Virus record (IMG/VR): IMGVR_UViG_3300030104_003924
Coordinates: 15,495-79,494 of that record
Source: a virus
Length of the DNA: 64,000 nucleotides
Direction: 5' to 3' (one strand)
This document shows positions 60,578 to 64,000 of this stretch, in pieces (the stretch's first letter is position 1; the number at the start of each line of letters is the position of its first letter). Made by a program: the position numbers and the translations under genes. The notes beneath the pieces were generated by a model. The model saw only the letters and a list, made by a program, of their open reading frames with translations. It was not told the DNA's origin and did not search any database.

Positions 60578-61336
60578 TTACAGGAAATCAATCACTTGTG
60601 AGTGGTCTACATTCTCTACTAATTTGTCTACGGCTTGCTTTTTTAACTGTGAAACTCTTACATAAGCTCCACTACCATTTATGTTTAATTTACTAGCTAT
60701 TTCTTTAGCAGAATGCTTGTCACAATCAAGCCCATAACTTAATCTTAGTACATGATATTCTTTATCGTTTAAATGTTGTTTTAATAAACTTACAAGATAC
60801 ATATTTAAAAATTCTTGATTATATGGTTCTGATTTATCTTCAATTTGTAAAAACAAATCGTCATCATCTCTAGTGCCAGCGTCGATACTTAGAAATATAG
60901 AATTAAAAAACATAGCTACTGCTTTTTTATCTTTACCAAAGTTTTTACGTATACTGTTTACAACATGTTCTGGTAATCTCATTTGTCCTCTATTTTTATC
61001 TATTTCTCTACGTATACCACCTTTAATTCTTTTAGAAAAGAAAGATTTTAATGTTTTCTCTTTGTCTTCAGATTCATTTATCTTTTCCCAGTCAATACGA
61101 TCAACTGCTTTAATCAGATTCAAATGTCCTTCTTGTATCATATCCGTTATAGCCATAACGCCTGAAGCTTGTTGTGATGTAGCGAATTTTCTAGCAACAT
61201 TTTCTACTAATGGCATAAATACCATTATTAATTCATCTCTAGTATATTCATGCCAATCTTTATTTTCAATTCTTTTTAATGTAACTTCAAGATCGTTTTT
61301 ATATCTTATATAGTTTTGTATATTATAATGTTTCAT
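60578..61336 (-). CDS. Phage sigma70-family RNA polymerase sigma factor
   Basis: Region 2 LVENVARKF...DMIQEGHLNLIKAVDR, MRLPEH, region 4 LNDKEYHVLRLSYGL...KEIA..L...VRVSQLKKQAV.KL. Confidence 0.9.
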   Translation of the reverse strand: MKHYNIQNYIRYKNDLEVTLKRIENKDWHEYTRDELIMVFMPLVENVARKFATSQQASGVMAITDMIQEGHLNLIKAVDRIDWEKINESEDKEKTLKSFFSKRIKGGIRREIDKNRGQMRLPEHVVNSIRKNFGKDKKAVAMFFNSIFLSIDAGTRDDDDLFLQIEDKSEPYNQEFLNMYLVSLLKQHLNDKEYHVLRLSYGLDCDKHSAKEIASKLNINGSGAYVRVSQLKKQAVDKLVENVDHSQVIDFL

Positions 61337-61446
61337 TAGTATCGTCTTCTTTTGTTTCTAATTTTTTCTAACTTGTCAAGCAGTCTTTCCGCTATCTCAA
61401 CGCTGATCTCATCAGCATAGTACATATCATATATTAATCTTCGCAT
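61336..61446 (-). CDS. Hypothetical 36-aa protein (not in ORF track)
   Basis: MRRLIYDMYY...NKRRRY*. Its stop overlaps the sigma start (TAATG). Confidence 0.55.
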   Translation of the reverse strand: MRRLIYDMYYADEISVEIAERLLDKLEKIRNKRRRY

Positions 61447-62063
61447 AGTTGTTTGTTTAATAATTCTTTTTCTCGTTTTAATTCTGTACACATATTTCTA
61501 TGTATAGTTCTAGTTGAACAATCACAACCTCTAGCTAATCTAGCTATTGTAATACTCCAACCACCATGATGTAGCATTAGCATAACATCGTATATATCAT
61601 CTTTATGTACTTTTTTACTTCTACCTATTAATTCACCTACAACTCTTAGCTTTTCTTCTTTAGATAACTTATTACCATATTTAAATATAACTTTTCTTAA
61701 CTTATTTTTAGGTGGCTCATCTAAGTCTAACATACTAACTTCATAAACCATTTTCTTTAATAAATCAATGTGTATTGTGAATGAAGTAAATCCTTGTTCT
61801 TTATTAGATATAACCTCAGCTATTTTCATAAAGTCATCTTGATCTAGTTGTGGATTAAGATACCATAATACTAACAAGTGCCATTTAAGACTCTTGTATG
61901 TGGTTATCTTAGCTCTAGATGAAAACAATGTATAACATTCATAAGTACCATTAAGATAGAACATGTAGCATTCATTCTCTTGATCTGGTTTATCAGTAAT
62001 TGGATCTCTTCTGTAAACGATACGTTTATCATTTAGGTATTTTAAATTTCTTTCGCGTGACAT
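61434..62063 (-). CDS. DNA-binding protein with C-terminal HTH (possibly replication-related)
   Basis: ITIARLARGCDCSTRTIHRNM HTH. Confidence 0.6.
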   Translation of the reverse strand: MSRERNLKYLNDKRIVYRRDPITDKPDQENECYMFYLNGTYECYTLFSSRAKITTYKSLKWHLLVLWYLNPQLDQDDFMKIAEVISNKEQGFTSFTIHIDLLKKMVYEVSMLDLDEPPKNKLRKVIFKYGNKLSKEEKLRVVGELIGRSKKVHKDDIYDVMLMLHHGGWSITIARLARGCDCSTRTIHRNMCTELKREKELLNKQLCED

Positions 62064-62108
62064 TAGCCTGTTACTCTTTATATTTAGGGGCTGTTGTCAC
62101 AGTCCCCT
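62057..62108 (-). promoter_or_regulatory. Overlapping alternative hairpins covering the 62063 start codon
   Basis: gtgaca(62057-62)/tgtcac(62095-100) versus aggggctgt(62086-94)/acagtcccct(62099-108). Confidence 0.45.
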
Positions 62109-62214
62109 CGGGTTTTAATGTTTTTAAAATAATTATTGTTCTATCAGTATAATCAATATTACCATATTTTTGATCATTCCATTGTTTTATTTTGCTTATT
62201 AAATCTTCGCTCAT
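62071..62214 (-). CDS. Hypothetical 47-aa ORF (not in ORF track)
   Basis: MSEDLISKIKQW...APKYKE*. Ends 7 nt before the next start. Confidence 0.45.
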   Translation of the reverse strand: MSEDLISKIKQWNDQKYGNIDYTDRTIIILKTLKPEGTVTTAPKYKE

Positions 62215-62554
62215 ATATTCTTTGTTTTATTATTATTATATCATTTGCTTCTACAGTATAATCATTCATTAATTCTTGTGGTACATTATCCCATGCACCT
62301 ATGTAATTCTGTACATTAAAACCTCGTTTAATACACTCGTTATACAAACTAATATATCTGTTCTTAAGGTATAACAGTTTGTTATAGAAGAACTTAACGT
62401 GACCTGTACCTAGTTTAAACTTATCAGGTATACCATCCATGTTATATTTACCTTTAGCAATACAGTTTGGTATTCGTTTTATTTCTCTGTGCTCAGCTAT
62501 TAAGTGTTGATTAACTAATTCAGCTGGTGGTATCCCTACGTTTATTCTTGTCAT
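62174..62554 (-). CDS. denV: Pyrimidine dimer DNA glycosylase (T4 endonuclease V)
   Basis: MTRIN (catalytic Thr2)...L.NQHLIAEHREIKRI...FKLGTGHVKFFYNKL.YL..RY..L..EC..RGF. Confidence 0.95.
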   Translation of the reverse strand: MTRINVGIPPAELVNQHLIAEHREIKRIPNCIAKGKYNMDGIPDKFKLGTGHVKFFYNKLLYLKNRYISLYNECIKRGFNVQNYIGAWDNVPQELMNDYTVEANDIIIIKQRIYERRFNKQNKTME

Positions 62555-62652
62555 TGATCTTTTGCTAATTTAGTTAATACTTTTACTAGTTTTTCTAGGG
62601 CTTTAGTTAAGTTGCTAATGTCCCTATATAATTGTTGTTCGTTTCTATTCAT
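62551..62652 (-). CDS. Hypothetical 33-aa helical peptide (not in ORF track)
   Basis: MNRNEQQLYRDISNLTKALEKLVKVLTKLAKDQ*. ATGA overlap with denV. Confidence 0.55.
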   Translation of the reverse strand: MNRNEQQLYRDISNLTKALEKLVKVLTKLAKDQ

Positions 62653-63598
62653 AATCTCTAATACATTTAAATAATGGGTGTCTGTAACTACCAGCTTTTG
62701 TACGTTCGAAGTATGTGAATGTTGCTACACAACCGACCCACGTTTTCATTGTTTCGAAGTTATCTTGTAAATATTTAAATTTATCCATAACAGGCATACC
62801 AAATTCATTACCATCAGCATCGACAGCCATAAATTTACCAATAGTACCTTTACGTTTACCTTTACCTTCAACCCAACTTGTTAACGTAGCTTCAGCATCG
62901 TGAAAATCTTTAAACTTTCGCAATGACCACGATCTACCACACTTGTATACGTCATTAGTACGTAATATAGAGCCTTCATAATCTTCGTTTAAATTATCTT
63001 GATGACAATCTTTAGCTTGAGCTTCTGTGTGTATTAATATAGTTGGAACATATTTAATGTAGTTGTTACGTGGTACAGATTTTGTAATAAATCTATTACG
63101 CTCATCAAATGTTTTAGTTTCATCTATTATATCATAACAATGAAACTGTACAAGATCGCGTGATTCTAGCATGTCTATATCATCAGGAGTTTGTCTTCTG
63201 ACTAACGATATGATAGTTTCAAAATCATCTCTTAGATCGTGATTGTATAACTCACCATCAAGTATAACGTTGGGGTGTTTTTGGAAGAAAGGAACTAAAC
63301 TCTCAAGTATATGATGCATATTTTTCCACTCTTTACCCGTGCGTGAATATGCTCTTACTACTGGAAGTCCCATAAATTCTTCAGATTGTATTACACATCT
63401 AACACCATCTAATTTTGGTTGCATAAATACATCTTGGTTATAATCTATTGGTTTATCGCTTACTGGATAAGCTAACATTGGTTTTTTTCTCATTATCATT
63501 TTTTGTTTTTCTGTTGAATAAACTAACTTTGGAAACGCTGGGAATACTAATCCCGCGATCGTTCCTAAGGCAGCTTGTTTTAAAAATTTCCTTCTCAT
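62645..63598 (-). CDS. ATP-dependent DNA ligase with Tat-like N-terminal extension
   Basis: KPMLA, QPKLDGVR (motif I), SRTGK, LDGELY, YDII, YEGSILR, KFKDFHDAE, RHP.F. Confidence 0.93.
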   Translation of the reverse strand: MRRKFLKQAALGTIAGLVFPAFPKLVYSTEKQKMIMRKKPMLAYPVSDKPIDYNQDVFMQPKLDGVRCVIQSEEFMGLPVVRAYSRTGKEWKNMHHILESLVPFFQKHPNVILDGELYNHDLRDDFETIISLVRRQTPDDIDMLESRDLVQFHCYDIIDETKTFDERNRFITKSVPRNNYIKYVPTILIHTEAQAKDCHQDNLNEDYEGSILRTNDVYKCGRSWSLRKFKDFHDAEATLTSWVEGKGKRKGTIGKFMAVDADGNEFGMPVMDKFKYLQDNFETMKTWVGCVATFTYFERTKAGSYRHPLFKCIRDYE

Positions 63599-63984
63599 TT
63601 ATTATGTTTTCTTAATATTTTATTTACTTCGTCCATTCGTTGTTTTATAATAGCACATTTTTCATATGCTTCTTCTTCTTGAAATAGATTCATAAGTGTC
63701 ATAAGCTTTGCAGCCTCACCTAACGCTTCTTCCTCTTCTGTTAGCTCAAGATCTTTGTAAGACGTTGACCAAGCTATGTCAGACTTGGACACATGAGAAA
63801 ACCAGTCTTCCATAGACTTAAGTTTCACCATACGACTTACGATCTTGATAGCCAACAGGTTAAGACCTTCTTCACCTACTTTAAGGTCGTTAATTTTATC
63901 TAAAATTTGTTTGTTTGTTACACGTTTATTATCCGTCATTGTTCGTATTTTGTTTGTATTTATTAATAAGTTTTTGTGGTTCAC
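63595..63984 (-). CDS. Hypothetical protein with C-terminal UVR-like motif
   Basis: EEEAYEKCAIIKQRM resembles the UvrB/C E.YE.AA.IRD motif. True start may be the internal Met. Confidence 0.55.
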   Translation of the reverse strand: MNHKNLLINTNKIRTMTDNKRVTNKQILDKINDLKVGEEGLNLLAIKIVSRMVKLKSMEDWFSHVSKSDIAWSTSYKDLELTEEEEALGEAAKLMTLMNLFQEEEAYEKCAIIKQRMDEVNKILRKHNK

Positions 63985-64000
63985 CTACAAATATACATTC

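Noticed and set aside
52217-62903. Plus-strand and nested ORFs in the replication arm (e.g. 53161, 56226, 59206, 60873)
   Set aside because: Shadows of the minus-strand genes with no motifs of their own.
1-64000. Stop-codon reassignment as in some crAss-like phages
   Set aside because: Genes are full length in code 11, and TAG and TGA end genes at sensible boundaries.
1-64000. tRNA genes, integrase, introns or inteins
   Set aside because: Intergenic gaps are short with no cloverleaf seen. TerL, helicase and RNR show no insertions, and no recombinase motif was found. This was inspection by eye only.

Overview
The window is part of one AT-rich, tailed (podovirus-like) dsDNA phage genome read in the standard genetic code. 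The host is most likely a marine Bacteroidota (Flavobacteriia) cell. The evidence for this is A-rich start regions without Shine-Dalgarno sequences, signal peptides followed by Gln, a T9SS-like C-terminal domain and an Hc1-type protein. The + strand arm (1-51.9 kb) runs through GroEL/GroES, small basic proteins, terminase, portal, scaffold, major capsid, tail ring and nozzle proteins, three probable ejection proteins (one a 2996-aa multidomain protein), a cassette of exported cell-surface proteins, tail fibres and an M15 endolysin. The - strand arm (51.9-64 kb) carries replication and nucleotide-metabolism genes: class II RNR, nucleases, two all-alpha NTP pyrophosphatases, a thymidylate-synthase-fold enzyme with the dCMP-type Asp, primase-helicase, SSB-like protein, ERF, a sigma factor, denV and DNA ligase. 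The arms meet at a bidirectional terminator. The best candidate for an undescribed system is a family of unrelated small cargo proteins sharing a (Y/F)KMKG...SPxK leader. SPxK also separates modules inside polyproteins and precedes the N-terminus of an ejection protein, and a HExxH metalloprotease gene sits in the same cluster. Together these suggest a capsid-targeting and processing system. Other highlights are a probable cytosine-modification pathway, a bipartite promoter (GTAAA-N14-WGTRAYTATA) found three times with exact spacing, a host-surface remodelling cassette, a Tat-like leader on the ligase, and two in-frame deletions in conserved genes. All family assignments come from motif recognition by eye; no database searches were run.
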